Positions 30,846 to 32,000 of a stretch of DNA of 32,000 bases are shown here, piece after piece. Below the pieces are notes generated by a model. It made no database searches, was not told the origin of the DNA, and was given only the letters and a program-made list of their open reading frames with translations. The translations under genes and the position numbers were made by a program. Position 1 is the first letter of the stretch. Each line of letters starts with the position of its first letter. Origin of the DNA: Phycisphaera mikurensis NBRC 102666 (GTDB lineage: Bacteria > Planctomycetota > Phycisphaerae > Phycisphaerales > Phycisphaeraceae); contig NC_017080.1 in the NCBI RefSeq assembly GCF_000284115.1, positions 510,001 through 542,000 on the forward strand. The letters run 5' to 3'.

Positions 30846-31727
30846 CTACACCGGGCGATTCTCTCGATACTCGCTCGGCGTCGTGTGCGTGTACCGCCGG
30901 AACGCCCGCGTGAACGTCGCGTGCGAGGTGAAGCCCAGGTCGAGCATGATGTTCTTGATCGGGAGGTCGGTCCCGCGCAAGCGGGCGCAGGCCTTCTGGA
31001 TCCTCAGCTCCGAGAGGTAGCGACGCGGCGCGACGCCGTAGCGCTGGGTGAAGGCGCGAGACAGGTGCTCCCGCGAGACGCCGCAGCGGTCCGCCAGCTC
31101 GGCGACGTTCCAGTCCCGCTCCGGCCGCTCGGCCATCAGCGTCTCGGCGTCGCGGGCGAGCTGCCGGGTCTGCGGCGCCTTGATGCCGCTCTCCGCGGCC
31201 GCCAGCACCAACGCCAGCACCTCGGTCACGAGCAGCACGCCCTCGGAGCCGGGCATCGTCACCTGGTGCGTGCGCTCGCGGGTCAGCGCGATCAGCCGGC
31301 GGATCGTGGCGCTCTGCGGGTCCACGCGGTACGGGCCCGGGAATGCCGCCCGGAGGTCTTCGACCATCTCGCGGGCCCGGGCGCCGCCGAAGATGAAGCC
31401 GAGGTAGTCGAACGGCAGCGGGCTCCCGGCCTCGCCGGCCCCGAACCAGTCGTCGTCGTCGTTGACCTCGTGGAAGAGAGCGCCGCCCACCGGCAGCGTC
31501 GACTCCTTCCCGGCGACGCGCCCGCGGCCGCCCTGGGAGAGGGCGACGCTGAGCACGAGCTTGTCGGGCATCCGCGACTGCTTCACCCGGTCCGTCCGGT
31601 AGCGCCCGGTGGGGTCGCGTCCCCGGCCCAGGAAGTGGGGGAAGGGAAGCCCCTCCACGCGTCCAGGGACGCGAAACCAGAGGTAATCCGCCATGCGGCG
31701 GGGCGGTGGAACGTGGGTTTCGAGCAT
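30846..31727 (-). CDS. AraC/XylS family transcriptional regulator
   Basis: C-terminal double HTH: WNVAELADRCGVSREHLSRAFTQRYGVAPRRYLSELRIQKACARL..IKNIMLDLGFTSHATFTRAFRRYTHTTPSEYR. Start is uncertain: ATG 31727 is chosen and ATG 31694 is the alternative. The track start at 31955 adds non-protein-like sequence. Confidence 0.85.
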   Translation of the reverse strand: MLETHVPPPRRMADYLWFRVPGRVEGLPFPHFLGRGRDPTGRYRTDRVKQSRMPDKLVLSVALSQGGRGRVAGKESTLPVGGALFHEVNDDDDWFGAGEAGSPLPFDYLGFIFGGARAREMVEDLRAAFPGPYRVDPQSATIRRLIALTRERTHQVTMPGSEGVLLVTEVLALVLAAAESGIKAPQTRQLARDAETLMAERPERDWNVAELADRCGVSREHLSRAFTQRYGVAPRRYLSELRIQKACARLRGTDLPIKNIMLDLGFTSHATFTRAFRRYTHTTPSEYRENRPV

Positions 31728-32000
31728 CACACGGCGCAAGTTGATCTCACAGGGCCAACCTTGTGAGCGGGGAACGTGTGGGATAGGTTGGATGAGTCGC
31801 GATTGCAAGCCGACGAGCCGGCACTCTTCGGCCTCGCCGGGGCTTCCCCCGGATCCGACCATCGGCATCACGCCACGCAACCCATCGCTCTCGGGGCTTC
31901 CCCGATCGTCACCCTTCTCCTCCCGCATCCCGCTCTGGCGTCCGCACGGCGTCACCCGCTTCGTCCAGGAGCCTCCCCATGACCCGCACGCACCCGAACC

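Noticed and set aside
31979-32000. Possible plus-strand gene start (ATG ACC CGC ACG CAC CCG AAC..) at the right window edge, divergent from the AraC gene
   Set aside because: Only 7 codons are visible, so nothing can be supported.

Overview
Very high-GC (roughly 70-75% by eye) bacterial chromosomal window. Gene content (two PEP-CTERM proteins, an exosortase-like membrane protein, a formylglycine-type sulfatase, a DUF4159-like secreted protein, an ECF sigma/anti-sigma pair, a bacterial SMUG1) fits a Planctomycetota/Phycisphaerae-like organism; that assignment is inference only. I support 28 CDSs. The six-frame track also holds many very long Arg/Pro/Gly-rich ORFs that are high-GC artefacts, and I rejected those. 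Layout from left to right: (i) a 5'-truncated rSAM DNA-repair gene; (ii) a minus-strand block of a six-hairpin-like protein, a polytopic membrane protein and a hypothetical; (iii) a secreted DUF4159-like protein; (iv) a plus-strand envelope-glycan cluster of LbH acyltransferase, flippase-like protein, GT-C-like membrane protein, WecB/TagA glycosyltransferase and nucleotidyltransferase-like protein, running straight into an exosortase-like protein, a large AAA+ ATPase and an orphan MotA/TolQ/ExbB protein; (v) a minus-strand block of SMUG1, small TM protein, carA, two paralogous PEP-CTERM proteins, a TauE-like permease and a Zn-metallopeptidase; (vi) an OmpA-domain lipoprotein, an M16 peptidase, a lipoprotein-ECF sigma-anti-sigma unit, and a sulfatase with an AraC regulator. 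No tRNA, rRNA, CRISPR, transposase or integrase was seen. The most unusual signals: an exosortase-like protein that by eye lacks the family's Cys/Arg/His residues and sits in a co-oriented triad with AAA+ and ExbB-like genes; a BIME-like tandem array of 4.3 x 103 bp carrying REP-type palindromes; a dispersed GCCGCGGACCG hairpin family at five gene 3' ends; a 167-bp long inverted repeat joined to a dispersed 115-bp repeat; and an octamer-repeat/stem-loop leader upstream of the sulfatase. All family assignments were made by eye from motifs, with no HMM or BLAST run.
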